Shown in pieces: positions 28,073-37,564 of a DNA stretch of 49,837 nt; the first letter of the stretch is position 1, and the number at the start of each line of letters is the position of its first letter. The notes under the pieces are model-generated. The model saw nothing but the letters and a program-made list of their open reading frames with translations. It was not told where the DNA came from and searched no databases. Source of the DNA: a bacterium (lineage in GTDB: Bacteria; Blakebacterota; Blakebacteria; Blakebacterales; Blakebacteraceae); the NCBI GenBank assembly GCA_025774615.1, contig JALGVQ010000003.1, positions 1 through 49,837 of the forward strand, given 5' to 3'. The position numbers and the translations under genes were made by a program.

Positions 28073-29788
28073 TCACCAGATCTCACGCTCCTCGAGCCTC
28101 CGTAGTACGATTTCCATCGGTACGATAAAACAGAATACGCAGAGTAAAAGCATAAAGAGGCCGCTCAATCCGGCACTGAACCACTGTTCCTGTGTGATCA
28201 CCCACCCGCGCATCACCGAGATCAGGATGCTGTAGACAGGACTCCACTCGATAACGACCACGACACCCACCATTGTGATCGAGAGCACCATGAAGACGAT
28301 TCCCCCGAAACCGGTCGGGATCTTGGCGACGTTCTCCCAGTTGAACCTCGGATAGGCAGCTCCCACGCCGATACCGAGACCGGTGATCGCGAGGGTTATG
28401 AAGAAGATGGTAACGATCCCGACCCACCTGATCACCGGATGGGTTCCGAGAAACAGGCTGGTGATCACGATAAGCGCCTCCCCGAGAAGAAGGAGGGGGA
28501 AGAATGAGATCCAGAACTTGCTCCAGAGAAAACCCTTGAGCCCGAGTGGACTCGAGCGTATGAGCCAGAACGCGTTTCCTTCCAGGCTCACTGCCGGGAA
28601 CACGAATCGCGCAGCGACCGCGGCCACGACGAATCCCGCCAGCCCCAGGTTCAGAAAGGAGACCAGATTCGTCATGTAGACAGTTGGCATATACGTCCCG
28701 GCCAGGGGAAGAGCACGGAAATTGTATACATAGATTACCACCAGAGCCATCAGGAGGAAGATCTGGGACCATTGGGTGATATCCCGCAGGAACGACTTCA
28801 CATCCTTCGAGATGATCTGCTTCAGCTGTCGGGGAAAGAAGAACGAGTAGACATTGATCAGCCGGTCGATGAAGGGGGCATGCGAGAAGCGTGTGCGCCG
28901 CACCTCCTGGGTCTTGGTGAATCCATTGTTATAGGTTCGGGCACTCACCCAGGCTCCCGCGACCACGGCCGCCATCGAAGAGATCACCAGCATACCGAGA
29001 TAGAAGGGATCGTAGACGAAGGATCCAACCAGGTAGGGCGCGATCGCTTCCGCAGCCCACTGGCTTGGCAGTACCGGTGACAGGGGGGCCCGCATGGCAT
29101 TGAAAAAGTCCACCAGGGAGATGAATGCGTCAGGGTCGAGCAGTCGTTCCGGTCTCAGTATCCGGAACGCCAGCACCAGACCGGCAAAGAAAAGGATGCT
29201 GACGACCATCAGGACATCTTTGGCGCGTCGAGCCGGGAAGACATTGACGAGAACCATAGTCAGGCCCACTCCCAGCACCGCCGGGATGACCACGAACGAC
29301 AGATTCACGACCACCACGATCAGGTAGTAGAGTACCCCCCCCTCGAAGACGACCCCGTACGCGATGAACACCGGCAACGCGAAGAGGAGCACCATCCACG
29401 AGGCGTTGAAGACCGTTTCGAAGAGCCTCGACAGATAGAGCGCGTCATCCGAGACGGGAGATGAGGTCAGAAGCTGGAGGTCACTCGACATGAAGAAGAC
29501 ACCGAAGCTCGTCAGAAGCGATGACCACATCAAGATCCCGAGAAAGAAGAGGAACAGCATAGCCATGAGTTTCCCGGGCAGGATCTCGCCGAATTCCTCC
29601 ACGATCTTGAACTGGTAGAGGAAGTTGGAGAATATCAGATAGATCGTTGCCCAGAAGATCACGATGATCACGAACAGTATGATCGATCGGGTCAGGTCGC
29701 CTTCACCCCTGAAGCGGACACGGTTCCGGAGCGTGTACCACTTCGGCTTCAGCAGGAGCAGGAATTCGACCAGGAGCGGATTCTTCAT
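28073..29788 (-). CDS. Putative ABC exporter permease (large, two-lobed, ~12 TM)
   Basis: DLQLL.SSPV, LPSQWA, KD.KSFLRD..QWSQ, RFVFPAVSLEG.AFW.IRSSP, YPRFNWEN; follows an ABC ATPase. Confidence 0.85.
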   Translation of the reverse strand: MKNPLLVEFLLLLKPKWYTLRNRVRFRGEGDLTRSIILFVIIVIFWATIYLIFSNFLYQFKIVEEFGEILPGKLMAMLFLFFLGILMWSSLLTSFGVFFMSSDLQLLTSSPVSDDALYLSRLFETVFNASWMVLLFALPVFIAYGVVFEGGVLYYLIVVVVNLSFVVIPAVLGVGLTMVLVNVFPARRAKDVLMVVSILFFAGLVLAFRILRPERLLDPDAFISLVDFFNAMRAPLSPVLPSQWAAEAIAPYLVGSFVYDPFYLGMLVISSMAAVVAGAWVSARTYNNGFTKTQEVRRTRFSHAPFIDRLINVYSFFFPRQLKQIISKDVKSFLRDITQWSQIFLLMALVVIYVYNFRALPLAGTYMPTVYMTNLVSFLNLGLAGFVVAAVAARFVFPAVSLEGNAFWLIRSSPLGLKGFLWSKFWISFFPLLLLGEALIVITSLFLGTHPVIRWVGIVTIFFITLAITGLGIGVGAAYPRFNWENVAKIPTGFGGIVFMVLSITMVGVVVVIEWSPVYSILISVMRGWVITQEQWFSAGLSGLFMLLLCVFCFIVPMEIVLRRLEEREIW

Positions 29789-29806
29789 GGTGTTGACGGG
29801 CCGAGC

Positions 29807-30622
29807 CTAACCGCGGATCGCATCCACGACATCGATCATCTCTTCATCGGTTGTGAGCTTGAGGAATACGGCTTCGAGTCGGGCTGCCTCATCATCTCCC
29901 ATTCCGGCCCGGATCCTCAGTTCCTGAAGAGTACCTTCTGCTATAAGCTCGCCCTCCTGGATAATTGCTATCCGGTCACACAGTTCCTCGGCCACCGCAA
30001 GGGTGTGAGTGGACATGAAGATCGAGCCTCCCCCCCGGACCCTTTCCTTGAAGAGATTCTTCAGGAGTCTTGCCCCCCTGGGGTCGAGACCCACCATCGG
30101 TTCGTCGACGATGATGATCTCCGGATCGTGCAGAAGGGCAGAACTCATCACCAGGCGCTGTTTCATGCCATGGCTGTATGCTTCGACCAGTTCATCTCCC
30201 CATTCTTCGAGCTGGAAGAAACGAAGCAGTTCCTCGATACGTTCCTCCAGCGTCTCCGGTTCATCATCGTACACACGGTATAGCCCTGCGATGAACCTCA
30301 GGAACTCACGCCCTGTCAGCTTCTCATAGAGGAATGGGCGATCCGGGATGAAGCCCACGATGCTTTTGGCTTCGACGGGGTCATCCTTGAGGGAAAATCC
30401 ACCCAGAAAGATATCACCGGCGGTCGGCTGCAGCAGTCCGACCAGGGTGCGGATCGTGGTGGTCTTGCCAGCGCCGTTCGGCCCCAGGAAACCGAAGATC
30501 TCACCCCGTTCGACCTTCAGGTCGATTCCTCTGACCGCCTCTATTGCAGAATAATGCTTCTTCAGACCGCGCACCTCGAGAGCAGGAGCCTCGGGATTTC
30601 TGATAACCAGTGCGCTCATCAA
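29807..30622 (-). CDS. ABC ATP-binding protein
   Basis: GPNGAGKTT, YSHGMKQRL signature, VDEPMVGLDP, STH. Confidence 0.93.
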   Translation of the reverse strand: MMSALVIRNPEAPALEVRGLKKHYSAIEAVRGIDLKVERGEIFGFLGPNGAGKTTTIRTLVGLLQPTAGDIFLGGFSLKDDPVEAKSIVGFIPDRPFLYEKLTGREFLRFIAGLYRVYDDEPETLEERIEELLRFFQLEEWGDELVEAYSHGMKQRLVMSSALLHDPEIIIVDEPMVGLDPRGARLLKNLFKERVRGGGSIFMSTHTLAVAEELCDRIAIIQEGELIAEGTLQELRIRAGMGDDEAARLEAVFLKLTTDEEMIDVVDAIRG

Positions 30623-32178
30623 CGTCCTCCCTCTCCGGGAAGGGGGTAATAATTGACAACATCAATCGCCAGGCGACCGATGATCTTCATCAGTTCCACC
30701 TGCCGATCGAGGCCTCCCCGCACAAATCCAATGTGTGTGGCGTCGGCTGGAAACTGATCGAATGTCGGATCGACCGCTACCCAGTCCCCGACCCAGACCG
30801 TCGGCCAGGCATGGTAATAGAAATTCCCGTCCACATAGACGACACCGGCATTCATGACGGTCGGCAAACCGGCCGCTCTGGCCAGTGCTGTATAGAGTAC
30901 GGTGTGTTCGTTGCAGTCCCCGGCGCGGCGATCGAGCACCTCCCGGGCCCTCGGTACTCCGGCCGTCGGTACCTTGTCGAGATATTCATAGACCCAGTGA
31001 ACCAGATTCTCGGCGAATGCCAGCGCGCTTCTTCCCTCTCGCTGGATCCGGGAAGCCCGATAGATAATCCGGGAATCCTCCGCCTGCACGAACGGAGTGG
31101 CTCTCAAGTACTGACGGAGGATGAAATCTTTATTCGGCAGATCGTAATTCTCGAGAACCGTCAGATCCTCCTTCTTCACCTCCACGATCTCCTCGATCAG
31201 TTCCTGCCGACCGAAGGTGATCTCGAAATCAGAGAAGTCGAGTCCGGAGAGCCTTACGCTCATCGAATCGACCTGCCGTGCCCCCTCGATCTTCATCGTA
31301 CGGGCCGGGATCGCCGCGAGGTTCACCAGGTCGAGCGTGGTGGCATCATCCCACCCCGATCCGATCGCGGTCTCATACGGTTCCCTGACCGTCACGAGGT
31401 TGATGAGGCCCATCGGAACCTCACCGCGCAATTCCTCACCTCTGTCATTCACCCAGAGTGTGGCAGTGAAACCCATGATGTCGGACTCGATCCGCCAGGC
31501 GTGTTCTTCAACTTCCCCGACAGTGACGGTATCGAGCGCCACCACCCTCAACTCGCTGCTCTGGGTCGACATCGTGACCGGATCGAATATCGGCACCCTG
31601 ACTGTTTCTCCCACCATGATCCCATTGCGGGCCAGCAGCATCTCGGGCCCTGCTTCCAGGTAGATCGGCCCCTGAATCGGAATGAGTACCTCCTGCCCGG
31701 TTGCATCATTGCCCTGTCTGACCACCAGGCGCATCCTCCTGCCATCCACACCGCCCCGGATCTCGAGATTCGTCCCCACTGGACCAGATCTGCGACCCCC
31801 CGGGGCCGTGAGGCTGGAAGACGCGTCATCGGTGCGGTAGGTGAAGGAGAAGGATCTGAGACTGTAATCGGTGTTCAGGGTCGATTCGCTGCGAACGTTG
31901 ATGACCTGGGTGACTCCGAGGATGTCTATCCGGAGCAGTTGATTCGAAGCGACCCGATAGAGCGTATCCCCCTGGCTCGACCTGCTCGACCAGGAATAGC
32001 CGATCTTCTGGCCGTTCATATAGAGACCTGACCACCACTCGACAGCAGTGGTATCGATCCTCCCTGAGCCGGGCAGCCAGAAGATCTCCTCGGTGAAATA
32101 CGCTTTCTTCACGAGGATCCCGGCCATGAGGATCCATGCGCCGATGATCAGCAACGGTATTGGTCTGAATCTGGACAT
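30619..32178 (-). CDS. Membrane-anchored transglutaminase-like (Cys-His-Asp) protein
   Basis: N-terminal TM; GDCNEH..L..ALARAAGLP, YHAW, W.AVDPT triad. Start uncertain (32178 or 32217). Confidence 0.87.
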   Translation of the reverse strand: MSRFRPIPLLIIGAWILMAGILVKKAYFTEEIFWLPGSGRIDTTAVEWWSGLYMNGQKIGYSWSSRSSQGDTLYRVASNQLLRIDILGVTQVINVRSESTLNTDYSLRSFSFTYRTDDASSSLTAPGGRRSGPVGTNLEIRGGVDGRRMRLVVRQGNDATGQEVLIPIQGPIYLEAGPEMLLARNGIMVGETVRVPIFDPVTMSTQSSELRVVALDTVTVGEVEEHAWRIESDIMGFTATLWVNDRGEELRGEVPMGLINLVTVREPYETAIGSGWDDATTLDLVNLAAIPARTMKIEGARQVDSMSVRLSGLDFSDFEITFGRQELIEEIVEVKKEDLTVLENYDLPNKDFILRQYLRATPFVQAEDSRIIYRASRIQREGRSALAFAENLVHWVYEYLDKVPTAGVPRAREVLDRRAGDCNEHTVLYTALARAAGLPTVMNAGVVYVDGNFYYHAWPTVWVGDWVAVDPTFDQFPADATHIGFVRGGLDRQVELMKIIGRLAIDVVNYYPLPGEGGR

Positions 32179-32263
32179 AAGAAATAGAAGGTACGTCCAC
32201 ACCACCTTGAAGGGCAAGACACGCCTTGCCGGTCGAGCCCGTCGTCACTCTCGATGCCGACAT

Positions 32264-32292
32264 TTGCCGCGCGACATGACACTGGGTATACT
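32264..32292 (+). promoter_or_regulatory. Putative sigma70 promoter (TTGCCG-17-TATACT), near-leaderless
   Basis: -35 at 32264-32269, -10 at 32287-32292; 8 nt to GTG 32301 and no SD. Confidence 0.6.
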
Positions 32293-32300
32293 CTCCAGCT

Positions 32301-33782
32301 GTGAGCATGATCACTGAACTACTCACTCTGGTCCGTTCCCGCTATGCGCTGGTCGGTGTCGAGACCCATGAAGAGGATCGGCTGGAGAACATTCTGACCG
32401 AAGTGGCTTCGGAGCTGCAGGTGCCGCTCAGAACATGGGACCGCTCCAGCGGTCTGGTGCACAGCAATACCGGCAACAGCATGTACAACACCTCCCGGAT
32501 AGACCAGCTACTTGCTTACCTGGAGTCGTTCGATGAGGAGGGGATATTCCTCATCAAGGATCTCTACCACAATCTCTCCGACCCGGTGATCCAGCGGGCA
32601 CTGCGCAACGCGTCATCCAATTTCAAGCAGGATCGCAGGTGCGTGTTCCTCGTCGCCCCGCAGTTCGATATTCCCGTCAGCCTGGAAAAGGAGATCCTCG
32701 TCCTGCCGCTCGCCCTGCCGGGTATCGATGAGATCAAGAGACTCATCTATCAAACGGTCCGGGGGCTCCGGGACGGGCGGACAGTCAAGGTCGAGATGAC
32801 CACCGAAGAGATGGAGCAGTTGATCGGTGCTCTGCGGGGTTTCACCCTGGAAGAGGCCGAACGGGTCATGGTCCAGGTGGTGCTGGAAGACCGGAAGCTG
32901 TCGGCAGCCGACATCGAAGAGGTGATCGACCTCAAACAGCGGACCTTGATGCGCGACGTTCTCCTCGACTTCACCCCGTCCGATCAGGACCTGGGAGATG
33001 TCGCCGGGCTCGACAATCTGAAATCGTGGCTCGACCGTCGCCGGGGAGCGTTCGGCACAAAAGCCCGTGATTTCGGGCTCGATACACCGAAGGGGATCCT
33101 CCTGCTGGGTGTGCAGGGATGCGGCAAGAGTCTCTGTGCCAAAGCGGTAGCACGGGAATGGAACCTGCCCCTTCTGCGACTCGATCCGGCCCGTCTCTAC
33201 GACAAGTACATCGGGGAATCGGAACGGAAACTGAGGGAAGCCATACGGACGGCCGAAGCGATGTCGCCCGCGATCCTCTGGATCGACGAGATCGAGAAGG
33301 GACTGGGAGGGATCGGCGGTTCCGACGCCGACGGAGGGCTCTCCAGGCGGATGCTTGGAACCTTCCTCGGATGGCTTCAGGAGAAGAAGTCTCCGGTATT
33401 CGTTATCGCCACCGCCAACGACATTACTTCACTCCCCCCTGAACTGATCCGGAAAGGCCGGTTCGATGAGATATTCTTCGTGGATCTGCCCGACACAGCA
33501 GCCCGCCGGGAGATATTCCGGATCCAGCTCCAGCGCCGCGAGCGTGAACCGGACCGTTTCGACCTCGACCTGCTCGCTTCGGCCTCGGAGGGTTTCTCGG
33601 GAGCAGAGATCGAACAGGCGGTTGTAGGGGCGCTTTATCTTGCATTCTCAGACGCGGGGAGACTGACGACCGACCACATCGTGGCCGAACTCGTGGGGAC
33701 CAGACCCCTCTCTGTCACCATGGCCGAGAAGGTCGCCGCCCTCAGGAGCTGGGCTGAGGAACGGACGGTCTCGGCCGGCTGA
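32301..33782 (+). CDS. Ycf46-like AAA+ ATPase
   Basis: Degenerate N-terminal AAA (ETHEEDR, KDL). C-terminal [53 protein letters not shown]. Confidence 0.92.
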   Translation: MSMITELLTLVRSRYALVGVETHEEDRLENILTEVASELQVPLRTWDRSSGLVHSNTGNSMYNTSRIDQLLAYLESFDEEGIFLIKDLYHNLSDPVIQRALRNASSNFKQDRRCVFLVAPQFDIPVSLEKEILVLPLALPGIDEIKRLIYQTVRGLRDGRTVKVEMTTEEMEQLIGALRGFTLEEAERVMVQVVLEDRKLSAADIEEVIDLKQRTLMRDVLLDFTPSDQDLGDVAGLDNLKSWLDRRRGAFGTKARDFGLDTPKGILLLGVQGCGKSLCAKAVAREWNLPLLRLDPARLYDKYIGESERKLREAIRTAEAMSPAILWIDEIEKGLGGIGGSDADGGLSRRMLGTFLGWLQEKKSPVFVIATANDITSLPPELIRKGRFDEIFFVDLPDTAARREIFRIQLQRREREPDRFDLDLLASASEGFSGAEIEQAVVGALYLAFSDAGRLTTDHIVAELVGTRPLSVTMAEKVAALRSWAEERTVSAG

Positions 33783-33799
33783 GCTGATCGAACGGAGCG

Positions 33800-34975
33800 T
33801 TACTCACCCGGAACCCGACCCGTCTCATCACCCGGATCACGTGACTCCTCTTCCTGAATCGGTTTCCATGTGCGGATCACGTACCGACTCGAACCATAGA
33901 AAGCTCGCCGGACGAATCTGGTTTTCAGGACCGCGGGGACGATGGTCATCCCGAGGTTGACCATCCAGTCGTATGAGAATGTCTCATATACCGTCCGGAC
34001 CGCCTGTTTGAGGATCAAACGCCGCCTCAATTCGGGGGGGAGCGGTCGTCTGAAGAGCTTCGGATCGTCGGTCTCCAGATAGCGGCAAACGAGGTAGGCT
34101 GCGCGGCGGGCATGCTGAAGGACGTAATGAATCCCGCCGGCTGTCAGCGGCGAGACCAGACCAGCGGCATCACCCACCAGCATCACCCGTTGCTTCACCA
34201 GGACCGGTCGCGGTCCGCGACTGGGAATCACTCCTCCCCGTCGGAAGACCAGGGCTCCCAGCCCGTATTCGTCTGTGATCCTGTCGATGAGCCCGTCGAG
34301 CGCGCGGGCCGGAGACCAGCCCGATCGTTGGTGCCCGGCGACGCCCACCTGGTAACCTCCTGCCGCGGGGATGACCCATGCCAGATATCCCGGCGCGAGT
34401 TTACGCCCGAAATACCAGTGGATGCCCTCACCCTCCCTGACATCGGCGGCCCGGAGTTCCTCCACGCCGTGGAGGAATCGCCGGTACCGCGGCAGACCGA
34501 GAGAAGCAGCCACCACCGAGCGCGGCCCATCCGCGCCGAGCACAAATCTGGTCTCAAGAGTGAAGGGTTCACCGCCCGGGTACTGCACCAGCAGTTCCAC
34601 CCCCGAGTCGGTGAGCTTGAGATCCATGAGACGGTGGCGTTCCCTGATCTCGGCGCCGGCATGTCTGGCTTCCCTGGCCATCCAGTCCAGAACGGCGGGC
34701 ATGTCGGCTACCGAGAAGCGGTAATGGGGGTGCTCAACCGTCAGTGTGTTCCCACCCGGTGCATGGATGGTGAAGCGTGAGATATCATCCCCGAAGAGAT
34801 GCCGTGGAAAGGGAAGCTCTTCGAATGCTTCCTGAACGAAGAGACCGGTTACCGCGATGACCTCACCGATGAGGTTCTGATCGAGACAGAGAACCTTGAG
34901 TCCCCGCATGGCCAGCAGGCGGGTTGTCTGGAGCCCGGCAAGACCACCACCTATGACAACAACATCATAATCCAT
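33800..34975 (-). CDS. FAD-dependent oxidoreductase, geranylgeranyl reductase-like family
   Basis: DVVVIGGGLAG, GADG..S, PGYLAWVIP, VGDAAG.VSPLTAGGI. Start moved to ATG 34975. Confidence 0.85.
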   Translation of the reverse strand: MDYDVVVIGGGLAGLQTTRLLAMRGLKVLCLDQNLIGEVIAVTGLFVQEAFEELPFPRHLFGDDISRFTIHAPGGNTLTVEHPHYRFSVADMPAVLDWMAREARHAGAEIRERHRLMDLKLTDSGVELLVQYPGGEPFTLETRFVLGADGPRSVVAASLGLPRYRRFLHGVEELRAADVREGEGIHWYFGRKLAPGYLAWVIPAAGGYQVGVAGHQRSGWSPARALDGLIDRITDEYGLGALVFRRGGVIPSRGPRPVLVKQRVMLVGDAAGLVSPLTAGGIHYVLQHARRAAYLVCRYLETDDPKLFRRPLPPELRRRLILKQAVRTVYETFSYDWMVNLGMTIVPAVLKTRFVRRAFYGSSRYVIRTWKPIQEEESRDPGDETGRVPGE

Positions 34976-35104
34976 CAGATACTCTTCCCGCTGACGCTGC
35001 CCGTGTGACGTCCCCTCATATCTGATACTCCATGGACCATGGTTCAACAGACCATGGTAGGGTAGACCGATCTTTCCGAAAAGCAATCTCGAATGCCCGG
35101 GTTG

Positions 35105-37024
35105 TTACCGCCTGAGCACGATCCCCAGATAGATCGACCGCCCCATACTGCCATACCCCCATACCCAGACGGGTGAAGCATCGGTTATGTTCCGCATCCT
35201 GAGCCTCAGCAGAAGTGAATCATCAAGTTGCCATGAGACTTCACCATCCAGGAGTACGACCGGATCAAGATCGACGATCGGATAGGGTGGTGCAGACAGG
35301 TCTCTGTCCTTCCGGGTACCTATCCGGCGGAATCTCAGAGAAGTTGAGAGACTGGACTCCGGACGGTAGATGACACCGGCCGAGAGTGACATATCAGGCC
35401 GTCTCACCAGATCCTCCCCTGTCCGCTCGTCAACGGCCTCCATGATCGTGACCGAGGCATCGAGTCCGACACTACCCGAGAGCGCCAGCCGTGCCTCTCC
35501 CTCCCATCCTGCGAGCCGGACACTGCCCCGGTTACGGTAACTCGAGACCCAGGTCACTTCATCGGTCACGAAATCGATGAGATTGCCGATCTCCTGTCGA
35601 TAACGGGTGATCTCGACCGACCCTCTCTGCATGACCGGCACCTCGATGCCGGCATCCCACCCCGTCGATGTCTCCGCCTCGAGTGAGCTGTTGCCGTAAT
35701 CAGGACTGAACCTCTGATAGATGCTGGGAGCCCTGAAGCCGGTGCCTACCGAAAACCTCAGGCGCGCGCTGCCCACTCCGGTCGAGGCCGCCACCCTGCC
35801 TGTCGGTTGCATGCCGTAGTCGGTATAGGAGTCGATCCTGCCGCCGATGGTCAGCGCTACCCCGGCCACCGTAATCTGGTCCTGCAGGTAGAGCGCCGCA
35901 GATGACTGGCTTGCCTCCGGTACGTCATTCGTGAACGTACCCCAGGTCGAAACCGACTCATACCGGCTCCGGCCCTGCTGCCGTTCCAGGGTAACGCCGG
36001 CGGCGATCCTCTGACCGCGCAGCGAGAGGGTATGATGCCATTCCACGTTTTGTGTTGTGCCGAGGTAATCGCCGGAAGTCTGCGCATCATCAGTACTCCC
36101 CGGGTCGATCGGGTCGCGCAGTCCCCGATGGATGCGGCTACCGCCGATCGTCAACTGCTGTTCCCATCCCTCCTTCAGCTGTCTGTGAAGGGTGATGGCC
36201 CCGGTGAGATCGTTCTTCCATGACGTTGCGTTGGGATCGTCGCCACCCGGACCTCCCCAGTCATCGATATCGAAATCAGAACGGCTCGCCCTGACCGTCG
36301 CCGACAACCTGCCCGCCTTGAGTTCACGGTCGATACGAAGCGCGCCTGACCACATGCTCCAGGCATCTGCTTCGTCGTTTCCATCTCCTTCGACGGCGGT
36401 CGAGATACCTCCCATCTCTCTGCGGGAGATATCGACGGTCACACCGGTTCCCGAGACGATTCCGGAAAAACCGGCAGATGCGTTCACTGTCCGGTAACTG
36501 CCCGATTCGAGATCGAGCCACGGAGAGAATCCGGCCGTCGGGGCGCGGGTGATGATGTTCACGACACCCGCGATCGCATCAGAGCCATAGAGGGTACTCT
36601 GGGGACCCCTGACTATCTCGATCCGCTCGATGGCATCAGCCGATATCGTGCTCCAGTCGAAACTGCCTCCGGGGCTGATGGGATCGTTCACTGCGATCCC
36701 ATCCACCAGTACGAGCAGGTGCTCGAGTTTTCCACCTCTCAGGTAGACTCCTCCCGTTCCGGCTGCTTCTCCTGCCCGTGAGACTGCCATTCCGGGCAGG
36801 TAGGTGAGGGATTCCAGCAGTGTGGTGACACCTTGTGCCCGCAGGTCCTCCCCGTTGATGACAGAGACAGATGAACCGATCTCATCCGCGGACGTAGGGG
36901 TCCGTGTAGCGGTCACGATGATGGTGGGGAAGGTATAATCGGGCTGCTGTGTTGCTGCCAGGAGCTCGGATCCTGTGCCACCCGTCAGGAGTCCGGCTGT
37001 CAGAAGGCATGCTGTTACGCGCAT
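35105..37024 (-). CDS. btuB: TonB-dependent cobalamin receptor
   Basis: TonB-box region TIIVTATR, plug LVLVDG...IERIEIVRGPQSTLYGSDAIAGVVNIIT, GFRAPS; directly under a cobalamin riboswitch. Confidence 0.9.
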   Translation of the reverse strand: MRVTACLLTAGLLTGGTGSELLAATQQPDYTFPTIIVTATRTPTSADEIGSSVSVINGEDLRAQGVTTLLESLTYLPGMAVSRAGEAAGTGGVYLRGGKLEHLLVLVDGIAVNDPISPGGSFDWSTISADAIERIEIVRGPQSTLYGSDAIAGVVNIITRAPTAGFSPWLDLESGSYRTVNASAGFSGIVSGTGVTVDISRREMGGISTAVEGDGNDEADAWSMWSGALRIDRELKAGRLSATVRASRSDFDIDDWGGPGGDDPNATSWKNDLTGAITLHRQLKEGWEQQLTIGGSRIHRGLRDPIDPGSTDDAQTSGDYLGTTQNVEWHHTLSLRGQRIAAGVTLERQQGRSRYESVSTWGTFTNDVPEASQSSAALYLQDQITVAGVALTIGGRIDSYTDYGMQPTGRVAASTGVGSARLRFSVGTGFRAPSIYQRFSPDYGNSSLEAETSTGWDAGIEVPVMQRGSVEITRYRQEIGNLIDFVTDEVTWVSSYRNRGSVRLAGWEGEARLALSGSVGLDASVTIMEAVDERTGEDLVRRPDMSLSAGVIYRPESSLSTSLRFRRIGTRKDRDLSAPPYPIVDLDPVVLLDGEVSWQLDDSLLLRLRMRNITDASPVWVWGYGSMGRSIYLGIVLRR

Positions 37025-37046
37025 GAGACCTCCTCAGACTGAGTAT

Positions 37047-37088
37047 GAAAAAGAACGACCACCGGCCCGGAGGTTGGGAACGGTGGTC
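37047..37088 (-). terminator. Terminator-like hairpin in riboswitch expression platform
   Basis: gaccaccg-N16-cggtggtc followed by gttctttttc on the minus strand. Confidence 0.6.
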
Positions 37089-37148
37089 TGTCGGCCTGAG
37101 AGGTCGAGTGTCCACCATCACCCCACCCCCGCGGGTACATGCGGTCGA

Positions 37149-37361
37149 GCTTCCCAGCAGGTCTCCTGGCTCCCGGATCATCCTCCCGCCGCGCCTTCCC
37201 GAACGGCCAGCCCTCCCGGCGATTCAACCGGTCCGACCGTACCGATCAGTGGCATGAGGTCAACGTGACCTTGCGACGTTCGTCCCCGGTTACAGTGGCG
37301 GGGGCCGCGCCGGATTCACACCGGCTTCCCTCCTGGATCCCCTGAGGGATCACTGGAAAGC
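37149..37361 (-). ncRNA. Cobalamin riboswitch
   Basis: Minus strand: GGGAAGCCGGTGTGAATCCGG, GCCCCCGCCACTGTAA, GCCACTG...GGGAAGGC, B12-box GAGCCAGGAGACCTGC. P1 is gctttccag/ctgggaagc; upstream of btuB. Confidence 0.95.
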
Positions 37362-37564
37362 ATCTGAATGTGAATGAAGAGTAGCAGGTGAATGCGACAT
37401 CGGACAACTTCAAAGAGATCGACAATTGAATGACTTCTCCCTCTGAAAGGTTATCTATATGGTTGGGCTCATCAATCGTCTGATAGGGCAGAGTATTGCA
37501 GATTGACTCTACATTGACCCCTTACTAGTATTCGCTCCGCACATCGACCGGAGGACAGAATCAC

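Noticed and set aside
33800-34975. Archaeal-type ether lipid pathway inferred from the GGR-like gene
   Set aside because: No GGGP/DGGGP synthase is nearby and the family is functionally broad.
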